Virus record (IMG/VR): IMGVR_UViG_3300047548_001122
Coordinates: 150,238 to 214,237 of that record
Reading direction: 5' to 3' (one strand)
DNA: 64,000 nt
Part shown: positions 9,385 to 19,770 of the stretch, piece after piece
Layout: each line of letters begins with the position of its first letter
How positions within the stretch are numbered: the first letter of the stretch is position 1
Translations under genes and position numbers: made by a program
The notes under the pieces: model-generated
Told to the model about the DNA's origin: nothing
The model's input: only the letters and a program-made list of their open reading frames with translations
Database searches by the model: none

Positions 9385-10744
9385 AGAGTATACCCGTAAA
9401 GTATTTCCTTTCATAAAACACGAATATTTTTCAGATAACGTACACAAAAAATTCTTCAATGAAGTAAAACGTTTTATTGAAGAATATAAAACTCCTCCTA
9501 CCTACGAATCACTACTCATCGATTTTACCGAATCTAAAAGATTAACACAAACCGAAGTGAACGGTTGTGTTGATTTGTTGCGTGAACTAAATTCAAATAA
9601 GAATGAAAGTTCCGAAATGGAATGGCTGATTGACCAAACAGAAAAGTTTTGTCAAGATAAAGCAATCTATAATGCAATCATGAATTCGGTCAGTATTCTT
9701 GACCAAAGTGGTGAAGATAAGAAATCTAAAGGTGAGATACCTAAACTTCTCAGTGATGCATTGGCCGTATCTTTTGATAATCATATTGGTCATGATTATG
9801 TAAATGATTTTGATGCACGGTATGATTTCTATCACAAACAAGAAACGCGGATTCAATTTGACCTTGATATCTTTAATAGGATTACCAAAGGTGGTCTTCC
9901 AATTAAAACTCTGAATATCGCACTTGCTGGCACAGGCGTTGGTAAATCTTTGTTCATGTGTCACGTTGCCGCATCTTGTATATCACAAGGTAAAAATGTT
10001 TTGTATATTACACTTGAGATGGCCGAAGAAAAGATTGCAGAACGTATAGATGCTAATCTTTTGAATGTAGACTTGAATGAGTTATATACTTTGACTAAAG
10101 ATGATTATGGTCGAAAGTTTAATCACCTGAAAACCAAACTCAATGGTAAATTAATCATCAAAGAATATCCGACTGCATCGGCATCAACACTTCATTTCAG
10201 AGCTTTGTTGAATGAATTGCAATTGAAGAAGAATTTTAAACCTGATATTGTGTTTATCGATTATCTGAATATTTGTTCATCATCTCGTATTAAACCTGGT
10301 GCGAACGTGAATAGTTATTCTTATATCAAAGCAATTGCAGAAGAACTTCGTGGTCTTGCAGTTGAATTTGCTGTGCCTGTTGTTTCTGCTACACAGACAA
10401 CTAGAAGTGGTTTTACAAATACTGATCCTGGTCTAGAAGATACTTCAGAATCTTTTGGTCTGCCAGCAACAGCAGACTTTATGTTTGCTTTGATTAGTAC
10501 TGAAGAACTTGAACAGTTGAATCAGATTATGGTGAAACAGTTGAAGAATCGTTACGGTGATCCAAATCATTTCAAACGATTCGTTGTAGGTATTGATAGA
10601 GCTAAGATGAAATTGTATGATGCTGAACCTGATGCACAGAATGATATTTCAGATTCAGGTCAACCAAATGATACACCTCCATTAAATACATTTGGTAATC
10701 GTGAGAGTAAATTTAACAAAAACTTTGGCGGAATTAAAGTATGA
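9338..10744 (+). CDS. 41: Replicative DNA helicase (gp41)
   Basis: AGTGVGKS, YITLEMAEE, IIKEYPT, DYLNIC, SATQTTR, SESFGLPATAD. Confidence 0.97.
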   Translation: MKQLETVILKNLIFNEEYTRKVFPFIKHEYFSDNVHKKFFNEVKRFIEEYKTPPTYESLLIDFTESKRLTQTEVNGCVDLLRELNSNKNESSEMEWLIDQTEKFCQDKAIYNAIMNSVSILDQSGEDKKSKGEIPKLLSDALAVSFDNHIGHDYVNDFDARYDFYHKQETRIQFDLDIFNRITKGGLPIKTLNIALAGTGVGKSLFMCHVAASCISQGKNVLYITLEMAEEKIAERIDANLLNVDLNELYTLTKDDYGRKFNHLKTKLNGKLIIKEYPTASASTLHFRALLNELQLKKNFKPDIVFIDYLNICSSSRIKPGANVNSYSYIKAIAEELRGLAVEFAVPVVSATQTTRSGFTNTDPGLEDTSESFGLPATADFMFALISTEELEQLNQIMVKQLKNRYGDPNHFKRFVVGIDRAKMKLYDAEPDAQNDISDSGQPNDTPPLNTFGNRESKFNKNFGGIKV

Positions 10745-11856
10745 GTTTGAATAAAGATCAAGCAATTTATTGTGCGAATGTATTCTCAAACTATTTCGAT
10801 AGATTCGAAAGAATAGATGAATACATGCGTGAACAAAAGTTGTCATCTATGTCAGAGAGGTCACCAACACTTTTTGGTATGGGACCTGAAGATGATTTGT
10901 TTTCAGACTTCACGGTTTCACCAGAAAAAATGAACTTTGAAGTTGTCGAACTTTCGCAAGAAAAGTGGGACATTTATTTGAATATGATTTCTTCTCATTC
11001 AAACATGACAAGTATTCCTGGTCGCTGCTTGAGATTGGCTGTACTAGAAACTACAACCAATAAATGGTGTGGTTTTATTAGACTAGGTTCGCCAGTAATT
11101 AATTGTAAACCTAGAAATGAAATGTTGGGTCAAGTGTTCACTCAAACTGAAGGTGGCGCACAGTTATTTAATCGATGCGCTATCATGGGTTTTGTTATTG
11201 TACCTGCACAGCCATTTGGTTATAATTACCTTGGTGGTAAATTGATGGCTGCGATTTGTACTACACATGAAGTACGTGAAATGTTGAACAAGAAATATAA
11301 CATGACAACTTGTTTGTTTGAAACAACCAGTTTATACGGTTCAACTAAGGCTGTATCACAATATGATGGCATGAAACCTTATATTCGATACAAAGGTTTG
11401 ACAGATAGTGATTTTCTTCCTATGTTACATGGTAAAACATACACCGATCTAAAAGAATATATGGAAGAAATTATTGGTGAACCACTCGCACCAGAAGGTG
11501 CTTCTAGTCGTAAACTAAAGATATCAAATGCCATGGTGTCACATATCAATACTGCTTTGAAGGGTACACCAGAAGGTGCCAAGTTTAAAAAGACCATAGA
11601 AAATGCAAAGAATCTGAACGAACAAAAGCGTTACTATGTTTCAGATTATGGGTTTAGTAACATGGTTGACTTTGTTAATGGAAAAACAACTAAACTGATT
11701 GCTGGTGAAAACTATGAAAAGTTTCATTTGAAAAACATAATTGAGTGGTGGAGAAAGAAAGCCATTAACAGATTTGAAACGTTAAAGACTGAGAATAGAC
11801 TTAGGACAGAGATCGAAGTCTGGACAGGCGAAAAAGAGATTGACATTATTCGGTAG
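10741..11856 (+). CDS. DUF4338/DruA-like protein
   Basis: GFIRLGSP..IVPAQPFGYNYLGGKLMA..FETTSLYG..SQYDG recognised from memory as DUF4338-like. Confidence 0.6.
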   Translation: MSLNKDQAIYCANVFSNYFDRFERIDEYMREQKLSSMSERSPTLFGMGPEDDLFSDFTVSPEKMNFEVVELSQEKWDIYLNMISSHSNMTSIPGRCLRLAVLETTTNKWCGFIRLGSPVINCKPRNEMLGQVFTQTEGGAQLFNRCAIMGFVIVPAQPFGYNYLGGKLMAAICTTHEVREMLNKKYNMTTCLFETTSLYGSTKAVSQYDGMKPYIRYKGLTDSDFLPMLHGKTYTDLKEYMEEIIGEPLAPEGASSRKLKISNAMVSHINTALKGTPEGAKFKKTIENAKNLNEQKRYYVSDYGFSNMVDFVNGKTTKLIAGENYEKFHLKNIIEWWRKKAINRFETLKTENRLRTEIEVWTGEKEIDIIR

Positions 11857-11865
11857 TCCTGATAG

Positions 11866-11894
11866 GATAAATACTCCATTATAAGTGGAGATTT
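11866..11894 (+). promoter_or_regulatory. T4-type late promoter overlapping an SD-sequestering hairpin
   Basis: GATAAATA (11866-73), then CTCCATT-ATA-AGTGGAG stem containing the GGAG SD. Confidence 0.7.
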
Positions 11895-11896
11895 AA

Positions 11897-13081
11897 ATGG
11901 CAGGCAATGCAATAGAAACCGCGAAACAAGAAAACGGATCAAAAGTTTATTTCGAATTAGTAATAGAAAACGGAAAAGACCCGGACAAAGATTTTGCTGT
12001 TTTAGCGACAGCTGTAAAAAAAGTATATTCTAATGTAAATAATGAGTGGATGGAATCTTATGCGAAACAGGCACGAGCCTTGAAAGAATATATTGGTAGA
12101 AATAAGGGTTATGAGTACTCCCGTGATGATGGGTTTATGCCATTTATTGAAAACATTGCGAAACAAAAATGTGGTGTTTCAGTTAAAGATCGTTGGGACC
12201 CTGCTGACATTTACATGGTAAAAAAATCCAAAAGAAAAGAAATTGAAGCCAAAATAAAACAGATAACATCCACTCCAGATAAAGATACAAACCTATTGGC
12301 ATTAAATGATTACATGAGAGAACTGATGCAATCTCTTGATATGTTACCAGTTTCATTAAAAGCTATTAAAAAATCCACAACAAAGGCTAAAGCTGAACCT
12401 GCGAACATAGGAGCTAAAGGTAAAAAAGTTTCTTTTGAAGTTGTTCCAGGTTCAGTAAAATGTTTATTAGATTTTGGACATAAAACTCCAAACGAATTCG
12501 ATACGGGTGAATTTGCATTTGATTTTAAAGTTGGTGATGAAGAGATTCACGGACAAGCTCGTAACTTTCAGTATTCAAAAGCAAGAAACTTAGTTCAAAC
12601 GGATTTGACACCAAAAGGTCGGTCTGGTGGTGCAAAACTTGGTAAAGTATCTTCTGAAGCATTAGATACTTTTTTAAAAAAAATTAATTTGCCAAGACCA
12701 GCATCTGCTGCCAAAGATCCAAATATTGATTTGCCTGGTGAATGGAAAAAAGAAAATATTGATTATTGGATAAAGTATATAGAAAATCTAAAGAGTGAAA
12801 AGATTGCTGGCCGACCTATTGATTTAGGTGGACTGAAAGTAAAAAATGGTAATAAAGAAACTGTGGGTGCAGAAGAAGTAATCAAAAATGCTATTATATC
12901 TGAAAATAAAACAAGAAGTTCTGCTGGTCGTTTTTCATCCAAGTTGATTGGATTAAGATGGGCTTATACATGGGCTTTAATAGAAAAAAAAGGAAAGATG
13001 GATGAATGGTTACAAACTTTATATTATGGTGCTAAAAAAGAATTTGGTGGTAAAAACGGACCATTTTTAAAAATATACTAA
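11897..13081 (+). CDS. Putative PD-(D/E)xK-like endonuclease
   Basis: DRWDPADIY..PVSLK resembles the restriction-endonuclease-fold catalytic motif. Confidence 0.5.
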   Translation: MAGNAIETAKQENGSKVYFELVIENGKDPDKDFAVLATAVKKVYSNVNNEWMESYAKQARALKEYIGRNKGYEYSRDDGFMPFIENIAKQKCGVSVKDRWDPADIYMVKKSKRKEIEAKIKQITSTPDKDTNLLALNDYMRELMQSLDMLPVSLKAIKKSTTKAKAEPANIGAKGKKVSFEVVPGSVKCLLDFGHKTPNEFDTGEFAFDFKVGDEEIHGQARNFQYSKARNLVQTDLTPKGRSGGAKLGKVSSEALDTFLKKINLPRPASAAKDPNIDLPGEWKKENIDYWIKYIENLKSEKIAGRPIDLGGLKVKNGNKETVGAEEVIKNAIISENKTRSSAGRFSSKLIGLRWAYTWALIEKKGKMDEWLQTLYYGAKKEFGGKNGPFLKIY

Positions 13082-13082
13082 T

Positions 13083-14312
13083 ATGAAATTTTTAGACTTT
13101 TTAGTAGAAGCCAAAAATGAAGGCGCAAATCTACACCTAGAACATCTAGAAGATAATATATTTAATTTTGGTGTAAATGGTACTCGACAATCAATTGATT
13201 TTTTAAGATCATTAAGAGATATGTTAGCAGGTCATTCACAATCAAAAGTAAATATTACAACAAAATGGGATGGAGCTCCAGCTGTTATATGTGGAATAAA
13301 TCCTGAAAACGGAAAGTTTTTTGTTGGAACAAAATCTGTTTTCAACAAAGATGGTAAATTAAATTACACCGATGATGATATTGATAAGAATCATCCTGGT
13401 GGGGGATTAAATGAGAAATTAAAAATAGCATTGGCCTTTTTACCAAAACTTGGCATCAAAGGTATATTACAAGGTGATTTGTTATTTACCAAAGGTGATA
13501 TACAATCAGAAACAATTGACGGACAAAAATATATAAAGTTTCAACCAAATACTATTGTGTATGCGGTGCCAACCGATTCAGTTATGGCTAAAAAAATGTT
13601 AGCCTCTCAAATGGGAATAGTTTTTCATACTTCTTATTCAGGAAGAACGATAGATACATTGAAAGCCTCCTTCAATATTGACATTGGAAATTTAACACAA
13701 ACTAAAGACGTTTGGTTCCGAGATGCTTCTTTTGTTGATGCGTCTGGTACTGCAACATTCACCGATAAAGAAACTCAAGCAATAACCTCTCTATTATCTC
13801 AAGCAGGTAGAGTTTTTCAAACCATAAATCCTGTCGTGTTAAATAGAATATCCTCTGGAATATTTAAAGAACAAATTAAGACATTCAATAATACAAAGAT
13901 TAGATCAGGACAAAAAATAACAAATACTGGCCAACATGTTTCAGAATTAATTAAATATATTGAAGATAAACTAAACAAAGAAATACTTGTTGCAAAAAAA
14001 GAAGATACAAAGAAGAAAAGAATTGCCGAAAAGAATGAAGTGATGAGGTTCTATAGAGGAAGTGCCAATCAATTAAAATCTGTTTTTGATTTGATGAACT
14101 TAATAGTTGATGCTAAGTTAATGATAATAAGAAAATTGGAATCAATCAAATCTTCAGTAGATACCTTTGTTAGAACAGAAGATGGTTATAGAGTTACTGG
14201 TCCAGAAGGGTTTGTGGCAGTAGATAGAATAAGTGGTGGTGCATTGAAGTTAGTTGATCGACTAGAATTTAGTCAGACCAACTTTAATGCCGCAAAAAAT
14301 TGGAGCAAATAA
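13083..14312 (+). CDS. Ligase-like nucleotidyltransferase (DUF6267-like) with capsid-targeting N-terminus
   Basis: TKWDG (motif I KxDG), QGDLLF (III), PEGFV (IV), LKLV (V); N-terminus MKFLDFLVE. Confidence 0.65.
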   Translation: MKFLDFLVEAKNEGANLHLEHLEDNIFNFGVNGTRQSIDFLRSLRDMLAGHSQSKVNITTKWDGAPAVICGINPENGKFFVGTKSVFNKDGKLNYTDDDIDKNHPGGGLNEKLKIALAFLPKLGIKGILQGDLLFTKGDIQSETIDGQKYIKFQPNTIVYAVPTDSVMAKKMLASQMGIVFHTSYSGRTIDTLKASFNIDIGNLTQTKDVWFRDASFVDASGTATFTDKETQAITSLLSQAGRVFQTINPVVLNRISSGIFKEQIKTFNNTKIRSGQKITNTGQHVSELIKYIEDKLNKEILVAKKEDTKKKRIAEKNEVMRFYRGSANQLKSVFDLMNLIVDAKLMIIRKLESIKSSVDTFVRTEDGYRVTGPEGFVAVDRISGGALKLVDRLEFSQTNFNAAKNWSK

Positions 14313-14584
14313 TGGCATACGACTTAAATAAAATATTACAAGAATATGGAGATGATGATTTCGGTTTCTCCGCTGTTTCTGAAGAAGAGTATAATGCTGT
14401 AATCAATGAGAAAGCTGATACAGCGGAAGAGTTTCAAGCAAGATTACAACAAGTTGAGAAATTAGTTTTACCATTCTTCACAAAACTTTTACAAACATCC
14501 GATAAAGAATACATATATTGGCCAAACAGAAAAAAATTAGTTGAAGATCAGATACAAAAGATACTTAAATTAACAAGAGGTTAA
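14312..14584 (+). CDS. Hypothetical protein
   Basis: DDDFGFSAV..KEYIYWPNR; ATG overlaps the upstream stop. Confidence 0.65.
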   Translation: MAYDLNKILQEYGDDDFGFSAVSEEEYNAVINEKADTAEEFQARLQQVEKLVLPFFTKLLQTSDKEYIYWPNRKKLVEDQIQKILKLTRG

Positions 14585-14585
14585 T

Positions 14586-14975
14586 ATGGCATATTCAACT
14601 CAAGTATTAGATCATTACGAAAATCCTAGAAACGTAGGTAAATTTGATATAGGTGATGAAAGTGTTGGCACAGGATTAGTAGGTGCTCCAGCTTGTGGTG
14701 ACGTTTTGAAATTGCAGATAAAAGTAGAAGATAATATTATCACTGATGCGAAATTTAAAACATATGGTTGCGGTAGTGCTATTGCTTCGTCATCATTAGT
14801 AACTGAATGGGTCAAAGGAAAAACACTTGAAGAAGCGGGTGCAATTAAGAACACTGAAATTGCAGAAGAGTTAGCTCTACCACCAGTAAAGATACATTGT
14901 TCAATCTTAGCTGAAGATGCTATTAAAGCAGCAATCAAAGACTATCAAGATAAAAACTTAACAAAGGCTGCATAA
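14586..14975 (+). CDS. iscU: Fe-S cluster scaffold IscU
   Basis: YSxxVLDHYENPRNVG, GAPACGD, KTYGCGSAIASSS, LPPVKIHCS. Confidence 0.97.
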   Translation: MAYSTQVLDHYENPRNVGKFDIGDESVGTGLVGAPACGDVLKLQIKVEDNIITDAKFKTYGCGSAIASSSLVTEWVKGKTLEEAGAIKNTEIAEELALPPVKIHCSILAEDAIKAAIKDYQDKNLTKAA

Positions 14976-15247
14976 TGTTAAAACAAATAAATGGTCGTTG
15001 GGCTTTAGTTTCGAAAAAAACTCAAAGACCTCTTGCCTATTATAAAGGCGAAGGTAAACCATCGGATGAGTGGGTAAAGAAGCAAGAAGCAAGAATTCAG
15101 ATGTTCAAATCTATGAATGAACAACAAGAATTTGTTTCAAAGGCAGGCGCAGGAGAATGGGGTAGACCCGAAACCACAAGAAAATATATAGAAGATACAC
15201 CAGGACAAAAAGTTCAAAGATTTAAGAAATATATAAAGAATATATAA
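14975..15247 (+). CDS. Hypothetical two-module protein
   Basis: GRWALVSK module plus GAGEWG..DTPGQ module joined at SMNE. Confidence 0.65.
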   Translation: MLKQINGRWALVSKKTQRPLAYYKGEGKPSDEWVKKQEARIQMFKSMNEQQEFVSKAGAGEWGRPETTRKYIEDTPGQKVQRFKKYIKNI

Positions 15248-15266
15248 TTATTTTATGGAGTAGAGA

Positions 15267-16100
15267 ATGAAAGATTTGATTATAGGATGTTCCACCAACT
15301 ACGATTGGTCTAAGTTAAAATATTGGATCAATTCTATCAATGCATCAGGATTTGAAGGTGATAAAATCCTGATTCTAATGAACTGTGATGCTGAAACAGT
15401 TAAAAAAATTACAGAAGCAGGTTTCGGTGTAATTGGATTCAATCAAGATGAACAAGGTAATTTGAGTTATAGTTCTTCAATGCCTGTCCACACCGAAAGA
15501 TTTTTACACATCTACAATTATTTAAAAGACAGAGACTATCGTTATGTAATCACAACCGATGTTAAAGATGTTGTCTTTCAAAAAAATCCTATCGAATATC
15601 TTGAAGCGGAATGTATTTCTAAAAATCTAATTTTTGCTTCCGAAAGTATCAAGTATAAAGACGAACCTTGGGGTGACCAAAACCTAAAAGAAACTTTTGG
15701 TCCATACATCTACGAACAGTTTAAGAACAATGAAATCTTCAACGTTGGTGTTTTGGCTGGTCACGGCTACGCTATTCGTGATTTAGCTTTGAACATTTTT
15801 GTCGCTAGTTTAAATCGTCCTATTCCAATTTGTGACCAATCTACGTTTAATTTCCTCATTAGTCAAAACCCTTACACCTCATTGAGTAAGTATTGTTTCT
15901 CTGAAGATGGTTGGGCTGCACAACTAGGAACAACAGGTGATCCATCAAAATCTGCACAATTCGATCCTTTGTTACTCGAAGAGAAACCAAAATTTGATGG
16001 TAATATTGTAACTACATCAAAAGGTAAAGAATTCTATATTGTACACCAATATGATAGAGTTCCAGAAATGAAAAAGGTCATTGAGGAAAAATTTGCATGA
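15267..16100 (+). CDS. Glycosyltransferase-like protein (GT-A)
   Basis: ITTDVKDVVFQKNP (DxxD), NVGVLAG, DQSTFN, IVHQYDR. Confidence 0.7.
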   Translation: MKDLIIGCSTNYDWSKLKYWINSINASGFEGDKILILMNCDAETVKKITEAGFGVIGFNQDEQGNLSYSSSMPVHTERFLHIYNYLKDRDYRYVITTDVKDVVFQKNPIEYLEAECISKNLIFASESIKYKDEPWGDQNLKETFGPYIYEQFKNNEIFNVGVLAGHGYAIRDLALNIFVASLNRPIPICDQSTFNFLISQNPYTSLSKYCFSEDGWAAQLGTTGDPSKSAQFDPLLLEEKPKFDGNIVTTSKGKEFYIVHQYDRVPEMKKVIEEKFA

Positions 16101-17053
16101 AACGTCTATTGTTTGTAGTTCATCGTTATGCTCCTTATCCTGGCGGTTCTGAAAATTATGTCAGAGATATGGCCGAAGAATGTGTTCGGAGAGGACATGA
16201 TGTTTCTGTTTTCACTGGCGAACACAAAGGCGATTTGAATGGAGTAAAAGTTACATCAGACGTAAATATTCTAGGTCAAAAGTTTGATCTCATTATCGTT
16301 CATGGCGGCGACGTTGGCTTACAAAATTTAGTATTGATGAACGCAGAAAGAATACCTTCACCAATACTATTCATGATTATAAAACCATCCGAAAGTCCTG
16401 TTTATATTCATGCGATGAACACCGTAAAATACCTAGGATGTTCTGCACCAGAGGATTATGAATTATTGAAAAAACATAATCACATGAATAAGTGTGTTAG
16501 AGTTATTCATGGTATAGATGAAAAGATATCAGTTGGTATGACAGGTTTTAGAGAGAAGTATGGTATAGAAACAAAATATATGTTTTTATCGTGTGGAGGT
16601 TTCTGGCCAAATAAAGCAATGAATGAACTCGCACAAATATTCAATGATATTGGAAGAGATGATGCTACGCTAGTATTAACAGGTTATGATAACAGACATA
16701 ACATTCGTCCAATTGATACGAAATATGTTAAGACATTTATGATAGAAGATAGAGAAGATGTTTTGTCGGCCATTCGTGATGCAGATTTATACATTATGCA
16801 TTCCTTCAGTGAAGGGTTTGGTTTAGTTCTTCTAGAGTCTATGTTAAATAAAACTCCTTGGGCTTCTAGAAAAATTGCTGGTGCTAATTTAATGAGTGAG
16901 TTTGGATTTACATACGAAAATGACCATCAACTTAGAGAATATATTTTAGATTTTGATGGTAATAAAGATGCACAAATAGAAAATGCATATGAGTATGTAA
17001 CATTAAATCATATGATAAAAAATACAGTTGATGATATTATGAGGTTAGTATGA
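16097..17053 (+). CDS. GT4-family glycosyltransferase
   Basis: PYPGGSE N-terminus, SFSEGFGLVLLESM (Ex7E). Confidence 0.9.
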   Translation: MKRLLFVVHRYAPYPGGSENYVRDMAEECVRRGHDVSVFTGEHKGDLNGVKVTSDVNILGQKFDLIIVHGGDVGLQNLVLMNAERIPSPILFMIIKPSESPVYIHAMNTVKYLGCSAPEDYELLKKHNHMNKCVRVIHGIDEKISVGMTGFREKYGIETKYMFLSCGGFWPNKAMNELAQIFNDIGRDDATLVLTGYDNRHNIRPIDTKYVKTFMIEDREDVLSAIRDADLYIMHSFSEGFGLVLLESMLNKTPWASRKIAGANLMSEFGFTYENDHQLREYILDFDGNKDAQIENAYEYVTLNHMIKNTVDDIMRLV

Positions 17054-17685
17054 ATTTTACTTTTGGTATTCTTACAAAATACGATGATGAAGAAAAACTA
17101 AAAGAAGTTATAGACTCGATACACAATCTAAACATTCCGGAAAATGGTGGTGATTATCAAGTTTTGGTAATAGGCGAAAAGAAAGTAGAAGGATCAAAAT
17201 ATGAGAGGTACATTTATTTTGATGAAACTGCCAAACCAGCCTGGATAACCAAAAAGAAAAATTTATTGGCTCGTGCCGCAAATTTTCAAAACATTGTTTT
17301 AATGCACGATTACTTTGTTTTTGATAAAGATTGGTATAAAAACTTTTTAGAGTTTGGAAATGATTGGGACATTTGTTCTTGTCCACAATATCTAATAAAC
17401 GGTAAACGACATTTTACCGATTGGGTTTGTTGGGATTCACCTTTATTTCCGAGATATACTTCATTACATTATGATGATTGGTCACATGTGAATTACATGT
17501 ATCAATCTGGCGGTTTCGTTGTTGCAAAAACACAGTTGATTATTGATAATCCATTCAATGAACAATTAGGTTGGGGTCAAGCTGACGATGTTGAATGGTC
17601 TCTCCGAGTGAGACATAGATACAAGTATGTTTGTAATGGAAAAAGTATAGTGAGACATAATAAGGTACATCGTGATGCGAAATAA
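17050..17685 (+). CDS. GT2-like glycosyltransferase
   Basis: WITKKKN..LMHDY..GQADDVEWS. Confidence 0.7.
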   Translation: MNFTFGILTKYDDEEKLKEVIDSIHNLNIPENGGDYQVLVIGEKKVEGSKYERYIYFDETAKPAWITKKKNLLARAANFQNIVLMHDYFVFDKDWYKNFLEFGNDWDICSCPQYLINGKRHFTDWVCWDSPLFPRYTSLHYDDWSHVNYMYQSGGFVVAKTQLIIDNPFNEQLGWGQADDVEWSLRVRHRYKYVCNGKSIVRHNKVHRDAK

Positions 17686-19045
17686 ATTAATTATATTTGA
17701 CTTAGATGGTGTTTTGATTGAATCTAGAGAATTGCATTATCACGCTCTTAATGATGCATTAAGAAAAGTCGATGAACGTTATGTAATTGACCGAGAAGAA
17801 CACCTCAGTGTTTATGATGGTTTAAACACCACTAGAAAACTTGAAATGTTGACCGAAAGAAAAGGTCTGCCTACGAGTTTCTACGATCAAGTATGGCAAG
17901 ATAAACAGTCAGCAACTTTTGAATTAATCAAACAGTTTCCAAAAAATCCAACCTTAATAGAATTTTTCAGTAGTCTAAAATCGCAAGGTATAAAAGTTGC
18001 CGTTGCAAGTAACTCTATACGTGAAACGGTAAAGCTTGCTTTAATATCTATAGGTGTGTTAGAATATGTAGATTACTTTGTAAGTAATGAGGATGTTAGG
18101 AGACCCAAGCCATATCCAGAGATGTATTGGCAATGCATGACCGTTTTAAATGCATTGCCAAAAACTACAGTTATCTTTGAAGATAGTCACATTGGTAGAG
18201 AGGGTGCTTTAAATTCTGGAGCTCACTTAATTCCATTAAAAGATTCTTTTGATTTGACCAAAGACAAAATAGACGATGCGCTTGATATATTAAATGGAAT
18301 TAAAAAAACAAATATACCATGGAGAAATAAAAAAATGAATGTATTGATACCAATGGCAGGCGCAGGTAGTAGATTTGCTGCAGCAGGTTATACTTTTCCA
18401 AAACCTCTAATCGAAGTTCGTGGAAAACCAATGATTCAGGTTGTTGTGGAAAATCTTAATGTTGAAGCGCACTTCATTTTCATTGTACAAAAAGAACACT
18501 ACGAAAAGTATAATCTAAAACAATTGTTGAATCTTATTGCTCCAGGTTGCGACATAATCCAGGTTGACGGTATAACAGAAGGTGCTGCGTGTACAACATT
18601 ACTCGCAAAAGAACTTATTAATAACGGTGAACCTCTATTGATGGCAAACTCGGATCAATTTGTTGAGTGGAATTCCAATGAGTGTTTATATGCATTTACT
18701 GCTGATACTATCGATGGTGGTATAGTTACTTTTGAAGCCACGCATCCAAAGTGGTCTTTTGCTAAATTGGATGAAAATGGTTTTGTTTCAGAAGTTGCGG
18801 AGAAAAAACCAATCTCGAATATTGCAACGGTAGGAATATATTATTGGAAACAAGGTAGCGATTATGTTAAGTATGCTGAACAGATGATACAGAAAAACAT
18901 TCGTGTCAATAATGAATTCTATGTTTGTCCAGTATTTAATGAAGCAATTGCCGATGGTAAAAAGATAAGAACCAAACATATCGAAAGAATGTGGGGAATA
19001 GGAACACCAGAAGATTTAAATTACTTTTTGGAGAACCATAAATGA
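17672..19045 (+). CDS. HAD phosphatase fused to sugar-phosphate nucleotidyltransferase
   Basis: FDLDGVL, KPYPE, FEDS; then IPMAGAGSRF..PKPLI..GIGTPEDL. Confidence 0.9.
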   Translation: MMRNKLIIFDLDGVLIESRELHYHALNDALRKVDERYVIDREEHLSVYDGLNTTRKLEMLTERKGLPTSFYDQVWQDKQSATFELIKQFPKNPTLIEFFSSLKSQGIKVAVASNSIRETVKLALISIGVLEYVDYFVSNEDVRRPKPYPEMYWQCMTVLNALPKTTVIFEDSHIGREGALNSGAHLIPLKDSFDLTKDKIDDALDILNGIKKTNIPWRNKKMNVLIPMAGAGSRFAAAGYTFPKPLIEVRGKPMIQVVVENLNVEAHFIFIVQKEHYEKYNLKQLLNLIAPGCDIIQVDGITEGAACTTLLAKELINNGEPLLMANSDQFVEWNSNECLYAFTADTIDGGIVTFEATHPKWSFAKLDENGFVSEVAEKKPISNIATVGIYYWKQGSDYVKYAEQMIQKNIRVNNEFYVCPVFNEAIADGKKIRTKHIERMWGIGTPEDLNYFLENHK

Positions 19046-19770
19046 GAGTTGCTGTCGTATTGACCGGACACCTAAGGTGCTGGAAACAAGTGTTTCCGAA
19101 TTTTAAAGAAAAAGTAATTGATCGATATAACCCAGATATATTCATTCATACTTGGGATGAAGAAGGCTGGTGGATACCTGGTGATAAACAAAATGAAAAA
19201 GGTTTCTTTGAGGGTACACCTGAGATTGTAGATCAAGAAGTGATTGATGCTTACAAACCTTTATACTTTGTAAAAGAATATTGGGACGATTTTAATCAAC
19301 ACTTCGAACAGTGTGGAACTTATTTTAAAAACTTCGCACACAGACCAAAAAATATACTTTCGATGTATTATAAAATGCATCAAGGATTTTCTTTGGTTGA
19401 AAAACATCTGGCACAACTACAGGGAAATTATGATCTAGTCATTCGTATGCGACCAGACATGGTTTTTCATGAGGATCTTCCTGATTTTAATATGGGAACT
19501 TTCTATACTATTGCTCACAGAAATCATCTAGGTCAAGGAACTGGAGATTTGATGCAAGTTGGTAGTGTGGGACAAATGTTATTCTTTACAAAAATTATTT
19601 GTTTTATTTCTGAATTATATAAACAAACAGACTTATTATGTCCTCATGTTATAACTGAACAACATATAACAAATTTAAGATTGAACTGGAAAGAATTTAA
19701 TATCAACAAAACTTTAATGCATACGCCGAAGGGTGCTTATGTAGAAATGGATAAAATAAATGCTGAATGA
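19042..19770 (+). CDS. Glycan-biosynthesis-associated protein
   Basis: VAVVLTGHLR..DIFIHTW..YDLVIRMRPD; within the GT cluster. Confidence 0.6.
   Translation: MRVAVVLTGHLRCWKQVFPNFKEKVIDRYNPDIFIHTWDEEGWWIPGDKQNEKGFFEGTPEIVDQEVIDAYKPLYFVKEYWDDFNQHFEQCGTYFKNFAHRPKNILSMYYKMHQGFSLVEKHLAQLQGNYDLVIRMRPDMVFHEDLPDFNMGTFYTIAHRNHLGQGTGDLMQVGSVGQMLFFTKIICFISELYKQTDLLCPHVITEQHITNLRLNWKEFNINKTLMHTPKGAYVEMDKINAE

Noticed and set aside
10741-11856. Druantia anti-phage system
   Set aside because: Only a DruA-like gene is present; no DruE helicase or other Dru genes; context is a phage replication module.
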